A DNA stretch of 64,000 nucleotides from Armatimonadota bacterium (GTDB lineage: Bacteria > Armatimonadota > SYMT01): NCBI GenBank assembly GCA_041690135.1, contig JAWLHY010000001.1, positions 352,001-416,000 on the forward strand. The letters are read 5' to 3'. Each line of letters starts with the position of its first letter. The stretch's first letter is position 1. The notes under the pieces were generated by a model, which had not been told where the DNA came from, did not search any database, and worked only from the letters and a program-made list of their open reading frames with translations. Of the stretch, positions 38,039-47,932 are shown piece by piece. A program made the translations under genes and the position numbers.

Positions 38039-41000
38039 ATGAATACGCAATCTTCCTTCCTTTCACTGGCTGTCCGTGCCGCGCGCGCCTGGGCGCTGCT
38101 GATCGCTGTCTTCGCGCTGGTCGGACTCGGCGTCCGCGCCGCGGGCGCCGGCACCGAGACGGAGTGGCCCGTTTTCGCCCCGACAGAACCCGTCTACACC
38201 TGGGAAGCTGGCCGGCGGCCGCGCCTCCCCGAGTCGACGAACCTGATACGGGCCTCCGAAGCTCGCACGCAGTACAACGTGAACGGCGCGGGTCTCACCG
38301 TGGCGGTCCTCGATACGGGGATCAACCCCACCCACCAGGACTTCACCGGTAAGATCGTCGAGCAGCACAACTACACCGCCGACAACGGCGGCGCCACGAA
38401 CAACGCGACCGACGGCGACGGCCACGGAACCAACGTGAGTGGGATCGTCGTCGCTAACGGGATCCACACCGGCATCGCGCCCGGCGCCAACATCGTGGCG
38501 ATGAAGATCCTGGACAACAGTGGGAACGGGAGTGGTCAGGCGCTTTTCAACGCACTCCAGTACCTCATTGCCAACCACTCCCGGTTGAACATCTCGGTGG
38601 TGAACCTGTCCCTGGGCACCTTTGAGAATTTGACCGCGGCGCCGGTGGGGGATGTGTTCCGGACCCAGATCACGCAACTCCGGAACGAGGGGGTGGCGGT
38701 CGTCGTTTCGGCCGGCAACCACTTCTACTCATTTAACAGCCAGCAGGGCATGTCGTGGCCGGCCATCATTCCGGAAACCGTGAGCGTGGGCGCCGTCTAC
38801 GACGCGAACATCGGCAACGGTTTCACCTACGGTTCGGGCGCCGTGGCCAATACTACCGGGCCGGACCGGCTCTGCCCCTTCTCACAGCGCCTGCACGTTA
38901 CCACCAACGGCTCCACGGCCACCGACATCTTCGCTCCGGGCGCGGCGCTGACTTCGACGGGGCACACCAGCAACACCGCCTCCTCGATCATGCACGGCAC
39001 CAGCCAGGCCGCCCCGGTTACGGCCGGCGCTATTCTGCTGATGCAGCAATACTACCTGCGTCGCACCGGCACGCTGCCTTCGGTGGACGACCTGGAGAGC
39101 TGGCTCTGGGCCGGCGCGGTGTCGGTGAACGACGGGGACGACGAAAACGATAACGTCACCAACACCGGCCTGGACTTCGACCGGCTTGACGTGCTGGCCT
39201 CCCTACAGGAGATAGACGCGGAGTTGGGCGGCGACCTGAGCATCTCCGGCCGGATCACGAATGGGGCTACCGGGGTCAGCGGCGTCACCGTTTCCGCGGG
39301 CGGGGTCCAGGCGACCACCGACGCCAACGGTAACTACACCCTCAGCGGCCTGATGGATGGTGATTACTCGGTCGTGCCGAGCAAGACCGGCTGCACCTTC
39401 AACCCGCTCAGCCGCCCCGTGGCACTGGACGGCAGCAGCGTCTCGGGGATCGACTTTTCGCTGGTGACCTACTCCATCCGGGGCACGGTGCGCATTGGTG
39501 AGACCCCTCTCTCCGGCGTGACCATCACCGGCGCCAACCAGGTAGTGTCCACCACCGCGAGCGGCGAGTACACCCTGTCCGGGCTGACCGGCGGCAACTA
39601 CACGGTAACCCCGTCCAAGACGGAATACACCTTCACGCCGTCCAGCCGGAACGTGCTGGTCACCAACGCCGACGTCAATTCCCAGGACTTCGCGGCGACG
39701 CTGATCACCTATTCGATCAGCGGCACGATCACGCGGAACGGGCAACCGGTCGCGAATGCGGTCGTATCCCTGACGGGTGGAACGGCCAGTACGGATATCA
39801 CGGATGCCGTGGGGGCCTACAGCTTCGACGGCTTGCCGGCGGGTAACTATACGATCACTCCGTCCAAAGCGAACCACACCTTTACTCCGCTGAACCGGTC
39901 GGTGACGGTCGGACCCAGCGCGACCCAGCGTGACTTCACGGCCACGGCCGCCTACTCCATCAGCGGCACGATCCTGGAAGGCATGAACCCCCTGTCGGGT
40001 GTCGAAGTCAACGGGGGCGGCAAGACGGCTATCACGAATGCGAGCGGCGTCTACACCCTCACCGGGGTGGTGCCCGGCACGCATACCATCACCCCGGAAA
40101 AGGATAGTTACGGCTTCACCCCGGTCAACCGGACCGTGATCGTGGACGAGGCGGACCTGACGGGGGTCGACTTCCAGGGGTCCTTCCAGACCTTCTCTCT
40201 GGGCGGTACCCTCACGCTGAATGGTGTTGCCGTGGCAGGCGCGCAGGTCGCTCTCAACACCGGCGCGACGACCACCACGAATGCGGAAGGGACCTACCTG
40301 TTCACGGGTCTCGCGGGCGGCGATTATACCGTAACGCCCACGAAGGCGGAGCATACGTTCACTCCGGCTTCACGTCCGGTGGAGTTGAACAGCGCCGATA
40401 ACCTGGCGGTGAACTTCACCGCGGCGCTGAACACCTACTCCGTTAGCGGCACCGTGCTCGCGAGCGGACAGCCCGTGTCGGGAGTAACGGTCACCGCGGG
40501 CGACCACACCGCGACCACGGCCTCCAACGGCACCTACACACTCACCGGCCTCACCGCGGGTACCTACACGGTGACCCCGGCCCGGCTCGGGTACGTGTTC
40601 ACGCCGGAGGATACGGAGGTCACGGTTGGTCCCAGCCAGCTCGGCATCGACTTCAGCGGCACGGCCGTCCTCACGCTCAGCGGCCGGATCACGGAGAACG
40701 GAGCGGGGCTGGAAGGCGTTACCGTGACGGCGGGCGCCCTCACCACCACCACCAACTCCGAGGGGATCTACGCCTTCAACAACGTGACCCGCGGCACCTA
40801 CACCGTGGTCCCCACGCTCGAAGGCTATGTCTTCTCCCCGGCGCAGAAGCGGGTCAAGATCGTGAAGAAGAGCGTCGCGAACGCCAACTTCACGGGCGCG
40901 GTCATCCCGGATCTCGTCGACTTCACGTTGAAGGCAAGCACCGTCAAGGGGAAGCGACCGGCCCTCGGCACCCTGCTCCTCTCCAGCAAGGCGCCGGCCA

Positions 41001-41188
41001 CGATGACGATCACCCTCTCCTCGAACAACCCGGCGGCGAAGGTTCCGAAGGTCGTCAAGATCGCTAAGAACAAGACGAGCGCAAAGGTCTCCATCAAGAC
41101 CCTGCGAGTCAAGTCGCCCACCGTGGTGACGGTTACCGCCACGCTGGACGGGATCTCCAAGCAGGTGGAGCTGACCATCACGCCGTAA
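38039..41188 (+). CDS. Secreted S8 subtilase with 7 carboxypeptidase-regulatory-like (Cna/SdrD-B type) repeats
   Basis: Triad VAVLDTG / HGTNVSG / GTSQAAP; seven ~79 aa YSISGT...GxYTVTP repeats; Lys-rich C-terminal domain. Confidence 0.92.
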   Translation: MNTQSSFLSLAVRAARAWALLIAVFALVGLGVRAAGAGTETEWPVFAPTEPVYTWEAGRRPRLPESTNLIRASEARTQYNVNGAGLTVAVLDTGINPTHQDFTGKIVEQHNYTADNGGATNNATDGDGHGTNVSGIVVANGIHTGIAPGANIVAMKILDNSGNGSGQALFNALQYLIANHSRLNISVVNLSLGTFENLTAAPVGDVFRTQITQLRNEGVAVVVSAGNHFYSFNSQQGMSWPAIIPETVSVGAVYDANIGNGFTYGSGAVANTTGPDRLCPFSQRLHVTTNGSTATDIFAPGAALTSTGHTSNTASSIMHGTSQAAPVTAGAILLMQQYYLRRTGTLPSVDDLESWLWAGAVSVNDGDDENDNVTNTGLDFDRLDVLASLQEIDAELGGDLSISGRITNGATGVSGVTVSAGGVQATTDANGNYTLSGLMDGDYSVVPSKTGCTFNPLSRPVALDGSSVSGIDFSLVTYSIRGTVRIGETPLSGVTITGANQVVSTTASGEYTLSGLTGGNYTVTPSKTEYTFTPSSRNVLVTNADVNSQDFAATLITYSISGTITRNGQPVANAVVSLTGGTASTDITDAVGAYSFDGLPAGNYTITPSKANHTFTPLNRSVTVGPSATQRDFTATAAYSISGTILEGMNPLSGVEVNGGGKTAITNASGVYTLTGVVPGTHTITPEKDSYGFTPVNRTVIVDEADLTGVDFQGSFQTFSLGGTLTLNGVAVAGAQVALNTGATTTTNAEGTYLFTGLAGGDYTVTPTKAEHTFTPASRPVELNSADNLAVNFTAALNTYSVSGTVLASGQPVSGVTVTAGDHTATTASNGTYTLTGLTAGTYTVTPARLGYVFTPEDTEVTVGPSQLGIDFSGTAVLTLSGRITENGAGLEGVTVTAGALTTTTNSEGIYAFNNVTRGTYTVVPTLEGYVFSPAQKRVKIVKKSVANANFTGAVIPDLVDFTLKASTVKGKRPALGTLLLSSKAPATMTITLSSNNPAAKVPKVVKIAKNKTSAKVSIKTLRVKSPTVVTVTATLDGISKQVELTITP

Positions 41189-41217
41189 GGCCCAACTCGA
41201 CGTCCTACCGTCCGAAC

Positions 41218-41260
41218 AGAGCCCCGGAGTGCGGAACCTTCCGTACTCCGGGGCTCTTTT
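41218..41260 (+). terminator. Intrinsic terminator
   Basis: AGAGCCCCGGAGTGCGGAA-CC-TTCCGTACTCCGGGGCTCT followed by T tract. Confidence 0.85.
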
Positions 41261-41414
41261 GTGAGTGGGTCACCCACCCACAACCGGCGAGAACGGTAAA
41301 GGCCCCGGAAGGCGAAGAGCCGATACTCTTGAGGGCCTGGATCCTCTCTGGGTTCTCCAAAGAGCAATCGGGTCCATCCCCGGCGCATGCGTCGGGTGCC
41401 ACCAGGGCGTTGGA

Positions 41415-41745
41415 AGTCCCCGAGATATCGGGACCCTGCAGAAAGCCAATGGGTTACGCTCTGCCCCAGAACAGTACCGGCGAGAGTTCGAGATGAAGTT
41501 CGTTGCCGAGGTAGCCCTCGGACTCCGTGCAAAGTACAAGATGTTGTCTTGATAATCAGGATAGAATTCTGGTTCATGCCCGGAGTCCCCGAGATATCGG
41601 GGCATTGATTGGCCCCAAAGGGTTCCATCCCTCGCCGGAACGGCTGCCAGCGAGGATTTACGAATTAGCTCTTGCCGAGGTAGCCGTCGGACTCCGGGCA
41701 GGGTTCACGATGCTGTCCCGCGTTACCGGATAGAGCTCTGATCCG
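41415..41745. repeat. Degenerate tandem repeat with a 169 bp period
   Basis: AGTCCCCGAGATATCGGG at 41415 and 41584; TTGCCGAGGTAGCC(C/G)TCGGACTCCG at 41503 and 41672. Confidence 0.8.
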
Positions 41746-41780
41746 TCCCTGGCGAATGCACGGCCGCTGCCCGTGCCCGA

Positions 41781-42910
41781 TCACTTCTGCAACGCCTCGG
41801 CTTCCGCGGTCCACGCCTCCAGGTCCTGGACTACATTCTGAAGGCTCCGGATGCGCGCCATCAAGATCGGGTCCTGCCGGAGGCGCACCAGCAGTTCCTT
41901 CACCGTAGCCTCGTCAACCCGGATCGGCTCGGCTCCCGGTGGAACCGCGCCGTCTCCGCCGCGCGGTCCGCGTGCTCCGGGAGGCCCGGGCAACGCGGCC
42001 AGGCCGCGGTCACTCTGCGGGTTTCTTTCATCCCCCTCCGCCAACTCGCGGCGACGGCGCGCGCGGGCCGCATCGAGCGCCGCCGCAAACTCCGGAGTCC
42101 GGATGCGGATCGACCGCGCTTTCGAAACTCCCTGCTGTTCGGTCCCGGCGCCGGACCGGCCGGTGATCCGTGGCTGGGCCGAAACAACCGATCTTGAAGC
42201 GCCGCCACCAGAAGCTCCGCGCTCACCTGGGCCCACAGGCTGTCGCCCGACGCCGACAGTAACAGCAGCACGTCTCCGGAAAGCCCTGCCGGACCGGGCT
42301 TGCCCCGCGGGCCGCTGGGTCCTGGCGGCCGGAAACCTGGGTGCTCGACGGAGACATAGTAGCTGGGAACCGGCTTGCCCACGTCCCGTTCCAGTTGGCT
42401 CTCCAGTACTTCGACCTGGCTGTCCAGATCATCCAGCAGCGAGCTGAGGGCATTTCCGTAAAGGCGCGCCAGCCCCTCTGCGTCCCTCGGCACCTTCTCC
42501 GGATCCGCGGAGCGACCGCGTGGTCCCTGGGAGCCACGCGGCCCAGGCGGTCCTTGACGACCCTGGCGAAAATCGAGATTCCCGCTTGCCCGGACCTGGC
42601 ACATCACCACCGGAAGCGTGGAGGGGCGGTTGGCCACGATCTGCACCCACCGCCGAAAAGCGGTGCCCGATTTCGGGTCCTCCACCTGTATCTCGTGCCG
42701 TCCGGGGGCGAGTAGCAGCCGCCCCTCGCGGGCCACCACGGCCTGGCCATTGACGTAGGTGTGCGCCGCTGCGGGCAGTCCCCGGAGCCGGAGGGGGACG
42801 TTCTCGGCGGCCGCGACGGGTACGAGGCACGGCTGTGGCGCCTGGGCCTGAGCCACGGCCGCCACGACCAGCGAAGTCAAAAGCAGAACCGGCCCGCGTA
42901 ATTCCAGCAT
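41781..42910 (-). CDS. Exported PEGA-like protein with short collagen-like (GXY) segments; apparent frameshift near 42180
   Basis: Signal peptide, YVNGQ...LAPGRHEIQV; two GXY blocks in one frame and a third in the frame ending at 41781. Confidence 0.55.
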
Positions 42911-43051
42911 CGTTCTCTCCAGGTTCAGCACGTGAACTCTGTCCCGGCAGAAGGACACAAACCGCGGCCGGTCGCCTGGGAGTGGCTCATCCCGTTCCAG
43001 TCTTCCCAGGAGATTGGCGGCACGTAACAGAATATGTGTCCGGCATAACCC

Positions 43052-45121
43052 ATGGACATACCGATGACCACTTTCCCACCGAACGCCCAAACACCACAAC
43101 TCGTGGTCCTCTCCGGGCACACGGCTCCGGTGGAGGCGGTGGCATTCTCTCCCGACGGTCAACGCATCGCCTCAACGGGCAGGGATGGCCGGATTATCCT
43201 CTGGGACGTAGAGACCAGTACGATCCACAGGCAATGGGCCGACAGTTGTGGGGCCAAGTCCATCGCCTTTTCTCCGGACGGAGAGACTCTCATCACCGCA
43301 GAAGACGGAGTGAGTTACTGGAATGCGGACACGGGCAGGTGGGAAGGCACCTTTCCGAACGGTGGTAAGGTAGCCGCCCTTTCGGCCGACGGCGAGCAGC
43401 TCATCTCAGTGGGTGCGGAAGAAATCCAATGGTTGGATAGCCGCAGTGGACAACTGCTGCGGCGCGTGCCCCATGGCCTGGAGAGGCTGGAGATCGCCGT
43501 CATCTCCGAGGACCGCAGAACTGCCGTACTGGGAGCCTGGCATCAAGGTAGGCATCTGGTGCGAGCCTGGGATCTGCAGTCCGGAGACCTGACCATGCAG
43601 CGCCGGCTGCCGCGCCGTTTATGGTGGAAGACTCGTGACCAAAACACGGGAAGACTGCGCACGCGATGGGGCGCTCAGGCAGACCTGGAGTGCCTGGCCC
43701 TTTCTCCGTGTGGCCGGAGGCTGGCCATCGGCGGAAGGTTTACCCTGTGGATCTGCGATACCCAGACGGGTCGCCGCACCCACCTGCTGATCTGTGGTAT
43801 GGAAGGTTGCCATTCGGTAGTATTCTCGCCGGATGGCAAGTATCTCGGGGCCGGGTTATTCAGCGGAAAGTTGGTTCTCTGGCGCCTCCCCTCGGGCGAG
43901 CAAGTCTGGTGTAATTCTTCCGCACACAGGAACTGGGTGTCGGCGGTTACCTTCTCTCCGGATGGTCGCCTCCTCGCAAGTGCGAGTCACGATAAGTCGG
44001 TCGGCTTGTGGGAAGTAAGCACGGGTGAACCCTATCGCAAACTCTCCGCACTCCAGTTTGAGGCCGTAGCCCTGGCCTATTCGCCGAACGGGGAACGGAT
44101 GGCAGTCGCATACACGGACGAGTGTCTCCGCATCTGGAATGCCAGGACAGGTGCGTTGGAACGTCAGATGGCCGGTGTGCCCAAGGACGTCCGTTCGGTG
44201 GCATTCTCCCGGAACGGAAGGATGCTTTCCCTTAGCTCCAAGAAGGTGGAGGCCGATTGGGATGCCGAAAGCGGCAAGCTCCTTCATATGGAAGCGAAGG
44301 ATGGCGATGTCGGTCGTACTTGCGCTCCGCCCAGGACCGAGGCGTTGTCACCCAATGGACGAATGGCGGCTGTTTCCCAGGACTGGAAGGGCCAGATTGA
44401 GCTTCGCACTCCGGATCTTCAACAGATCTTGAAAGCCCTGCCGGAGATTGATGAAGAGGACTTCGTGGTGGCGCTCAGGTTTTCACCCGACGGCGCGATG
44501 CTGGCCGCGGGATACTCGGGCTCTCGAGTGCGGTTGTGGGACGTGGAGACCGGCGAACTGGTCCAGTTGATGCGCTCCCACGCTAACTCCAACAGTCACC
44601 TTGCATTCTCTCCAGATGGCTCTCTCCTGGCTGTTGGCGGTGACTACGATCGGCATGTGGTTCTCTGCAACCTTCGCACCGAGACGCAGCCCGTTCGGAT
44701 GGTAATGATCGCCAACGAGTGGCAGTATCTAATCACGCATCTCGATGAGTTTAACGTCTCGCCTGAAGAGATTCCGGGCGAAGAAGTCACGCTGGCCGGT
44801 CACACAGATCACATCCGCGGCATTGCCTTTGCGCCGGACGGGCGAATCGTGGCTACCGTGGCGGCGGATGCGGCCCTCAAGCTGTGGGACCCGGCCACGG
44901 GTCAGCTCCGAGCAACCCTCACTCCGCTTCCTTCCCACGGAGAGGGACCCACGGAAGAGTGGATCGCCTACACCCCGGAAGGCTACTACGTGGCCTCACC
45001 GGGCGCCGACCCCTGTATCCGCTGGCAAGCCGGCCCGGAACTCCTGCCTGCGAAAGCACACGCCGGCGTTTACTGTGACCCGGAACAGGTGGCCGCACGG
45101 TTGAATGCACAGCAAAGCTAG
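43052..45121 (+). CDS. WD40 repeat protein
   Basis: Repeated GH...V..VAFSPDG..LAS...D..V.LWD motifs. Confidence 0.92.
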   Translation: MDIPMTTFPPNAQTPQLVVLSGHTAPVEAVAFSPDGQRIASTGRDGRIILWDVETSTIHRQWADSCGAKSIAFSPDGETLITAEDGVSYWNADTGRWEGTFPNGGKVAALSADGEQLISVGAEEIQWLDSRSGQLLRRVPHGLERLEIAVISEDRRTAVLGAWHQGRHLVRAWDLQSGDLTMQRRLPRRLWWKTRDQNTGRLRTRWGAQADLECLALSPCGRRLAIGGRFTLWICDTQTGRRTHLLICGMEGCHSVVFSPDGKYLGAGLFSGKLVLWRLPSGEQVWCNSSAHRNWVSAVTFSPDGRLLASASHDKSVGLWEVSTGEPYRKLSALQFEAVALAYSPNGERMAVAYTDECLRIWNARTGALERQMAGVPKDVRSVAFSRNGRMLSLSSKKVEADWDAESGKLLHMEAKDGDVGRTCAPPRTEALSPNGRMAAVSQDWKGQIELRTPDLQQILKALPEIDEEDFVVALRFSPDGAMLAAGYSGSRVRLWDVETGELVQLMRSHANSNSHLAFSPDGSLLAVGGDYDRHVVLCNLRTETQPVRMVMIANEWQYLITHLDEFNVSPEEIPGEEVTLAGHTDHIRGIAFAPDGRIVATVAADAALKLWDPATGQLRATLTPLPSHGEGPTEEWIAYTPEGYYVASPGADPCIRWQAGPELLPAKAHAGVYCDPEQVAARLNAQQS

Positions 45122-45144
45122 ATCTTATGAGGCCAAGCTGAACT

Positions 45145-47253
45145 ATGGAGAGCCCACAGACCTATCCGGCGCCTTACGCCGGCGCACCGTCCTTGAAGAT
45201 CATGACGGGCCACGAGCCGGATTGGATCATGTCGGTTGCCTTTTCTCCCGACGGATCGCTCCTGGCCTCGACATCGGCGCGGGGAGAGGTGATTTTCTGG
45301 GATACGCATTCCGGTGAGGTGCGCGGGACCTGGTCCATCCCGAATGACTCGGTTTGGCGGCTTAGTAGGTGCGAAGAAGGGCTGCGAGCCCGAGTCGACT
45401 TGCGGTTTGGAGTGTCGCACTTGACCTTCACGCCGGATGGCGAGTCGGTGATCACGTGCGGAAACGGCATCCACCTGTGGAAGGTGAGGTCCGGCGCCTG
45501 GATAGGAACGATCCCCGGGCTGAAGGGGCCGGTGGTGTGCCCGGGTGACACGGGGACGATGATCGGGCACGACGGCGCGGGCTTCCGGGTCATCGATGCT
45601 ACCAGCGGCCGGGTGCTTCGCTCCCTCCCCTTCCGTGAAGGTCTCGGTACCCCTGGCATGTCCATGGCGGTTGCCGCGGACGGCTCCGTAGGCGCGGTGA
45701 CCCGAGTCCTGGGCAGCGAGATTGCGGTCGAAGTGTTCGATCTCCTGACCGGAGCCCGCACCCATTCACTCCGGTTTGCCCCGGATTGGGGGCACGGGGA
45801 TGGGAACCCTTTCAGCGGGAGTGGCCCGTATAGCGGTGCGCGCGCTTCCCGGGTCGCGCTTTCGCCAGAGGGTCGTTTACTGGCGATGAGCCATTCCCGC
45901 GGCCTCTGTCTCGTTGACATCGAAACCGGCAGCCTCACCCTTCTGGAAGGACTGCGAAGGGGACTGGAGTTTCTCGTCTTCTCTCCGGATGCAGCGTGGT
46001 TGGCTGGGGGATCCGAGGGGGGAGAGGTGTGGGTGTGGCACGTCCCCTCCGGCGAACTGCGGCACCACAGCCGGGGGATACGCCGCGCCGCGCCGGTGGC
46101 GTTTACCCCGGACGGAGTGTGGCTGGGCAGCGCGAGCCACAGTGCCCTCCTTCGAGTCAATGATTGGGAGTGCCGGCGAAGGCTCCTCTCGCTGGACCTG
46201 GGAGCGACCGGGGTCGCCTGGTCACCTGGTGGAGACCGGGTAGCCGTTGCTTACGACGATGGCACGGCACGCCTGTGGAACTCCAGCACCGGTGCATTGG
46301 AAAGGGTGATTCGCGGATTTCCCACCCGCGTACAGGTCCTGGCCTTTTCCCCGGATGGAAGGCACCTCCTCTCCGGCTCCACCTCTCTGGATGGAGCATG
46401 GGATACCGCCACTGGCGAGTTGGTCCGCGAGCCCGCGGCAAGTGCTTCCAGGTGTCGGACCTGCGGAGCCTACCTGTTCGAGGCCCATTCCCCAAACGGT
46501 GACCTTATGGCCTCGGCCTCCGGAAAAGAGGGCCACATCCGGGTTATACGGCGCGCCACGGGAGAGACACTGTATGACCTCGCGCCACTGCAGCCTTCCG
46601 GCGTGGTGATGCTCAAATTCTCCTCGGACGGCAACCTTCTGGCAGCAGGACACTCGTGGCAGGACGTGCACGTCTGGGATCTCCGCACGGGTGCCCTCTT
46701 ATCTTTTCTCCACGCTCACGTCGAGTGGGTCCACGCCCTCGACTTCTCTCCCGACGGATCGCTTCTAGCCGTCGGCGGGGCACACGATGAGGGCGTGGTG
46801 CTCTGCAATCTGAAAGCGCGCGCGGGCAAACACCAGTCGGTCGTGCCTCCCCACTGGCGCTCTTCCAAGGAGGGGGTGACCGAAACGCAGCGGACCTGGC
46901 CGGAACAGTACCCTGGAGAAGAGATCTACCTGGATACCGGTCACAGCCGTACTCGTGGCGTCGCTTTCTCTCCGGACGGGCGCACTGTCGCCACCGTGGC
47001 GGCGGACGCGGCGCTCAAGCTATGGGACCCCGTCACCGGTCAACTGCGGGCCACCCTCACACCGCTTCCTTCGCACGGAGAGGGTCCTACGGAAGAGTGG
47101 ATCGCCTACACCCCGGAAGGCTACTACGTGGCCTCACCGGGCGCCGACCCCTGTATCCGCTGGCAAGCCGGCCCGGAACTCCTGCCTGCGGGGGCCTACG
47201 CCGACGTTTACCGCGACCAGGCGCAGGTGACTCGCCGCTTGAGCGGGCGTTGA
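45145..47253 (+). CDS. WD40 repeat protein (paralog of the upstream gene)
   Basis: WD40 motifs; C-terminal ~75 aa nearly identical to 43052-45121. Confidence 0.92.
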   Translation: MESPQTYPAPYAGAPSLKIMTGHEPDWIMSVAFSPDGSLLASTSARGEVIFWDTHSGEVRGTWSIPNDSVWRLSRCEEGLRARVDLRFGVSHLTFTPDGESVITCGNGIHLWKVRSGAWIGTIPGLKGPVVCPGDTGTMIGHDGAGFRVIDATSGRVLRSLPFREGLGTPGMSMAVAADGSVGAVTRVLGSEIAVEVFDLLTGARTHSLRFAPDWGHGDGNPFSGSGPYSGARASRVALSPEGRLLAMSHSRGLCLVDIETGSLTLLEGLRRGLEFLVFSPDAAWLAGGSEGGEVWVWHVPSGELRHHSRGIRRAAPVAFTPDGVWLGSASHSALLRVNDWECRRRLLSLDLGATGVAWSPGGDRVAVAYDDGTARLWNSSTGALERVIRGFPTRVQVLAFSPDGRHLLSGSTSLDGAWDTATGELVREPAASASRCRTCGAYLFEAHSPNGDLMASASGKEGHIRVIRRATGETLYDLAPLQPSGVVMLKFSSDGNLLAAGHSWQDVHVWDLRTGALLSFLHAHVEWVHALDFSPDGSLLAVGGAHDEGVVLCNLKARAGKHQSVVPPHWRSSKEGVTETQRTWPEQYPGEEIYLDTGHSRTRGVAFSPDGRTVATVAADAALKLWDPVTGQLRATLTPLPSHGEGPTEEWIAYTPEGYYVASPGADPCIRWQAGPELLPAGAYADVYRDQAQVTRRLSGR

Positions 47254-47932
47254 TCGCCAATGTCTATCGCATGTTGGTGCCCTTCGGGCGGTGTTGTGCG
47301 TTGATCGGCCGTGGTATAACCGTGGATCCTATCGTTCTGACCTGTAACGACAGCATTGGGCGTGGGCACCCGTTCACAGCACCGGAGCACGGCCAGTCGC
47401 GTGAACAGGCGGCGACTTGCCGTTGGTAACGGTACTTCTGACCGTTGAGCTCGCCAAGTTCTGGCCACGGGATTCCCCTTCTCTGCATCGGAGAAGGGGG
47501 TAGGGGGATGAGGTTACTTTGGTTACCGCACCCGACAGTGATGTAGAAGGCGGGCGATGAGGTTACTCCGGTCACCGTAGCCGCCAAAGTTCGTGCAGTT
47601 GGGAGTTGGGGCCGCATCAGTCACCGCAGGCACAAATGTCTTCGCACGTCGGGGAATGGGCTCCCTCTGGTCACCGTGGGTCGCAGGATGGATGCCCACG
47701 GCTGGGAGGGCTCCTGGGCTCTCCGATTGAACCTGGAACCGCAACAATACCTATCCGCTTGCGTGGTGGAAGGCCCCCTTGCTGTCGGCTTGCCTCTCGC
47801 GCAGCGAGTCCGCGCCGGGCACCCGGGTACCCACTTGTGGGTGTGGTGGCGACTTAGTGCCGTTTCGGCCTGCGGTTTCAACCGCCGAGCGCAAACCTGC
47901 TTTTTCCGCCTGTGTGACGAAAGGACCTACCC

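Noticed and set aside
41265-41733. Two small ORFs sharing AEVA(L/V)GLRA
   Set aside because: Similarity is explained by the DNA repeat; the 169 bp period is not a multiple of 3, and there is no SD or codon bias support
44951-47190. Diversity-generating retroelement TR/VR pair
   Set aside because: Both copies are coding and identical, flanking differences are synonymous rather than adenine-specific, and there is no reverse transcriptase
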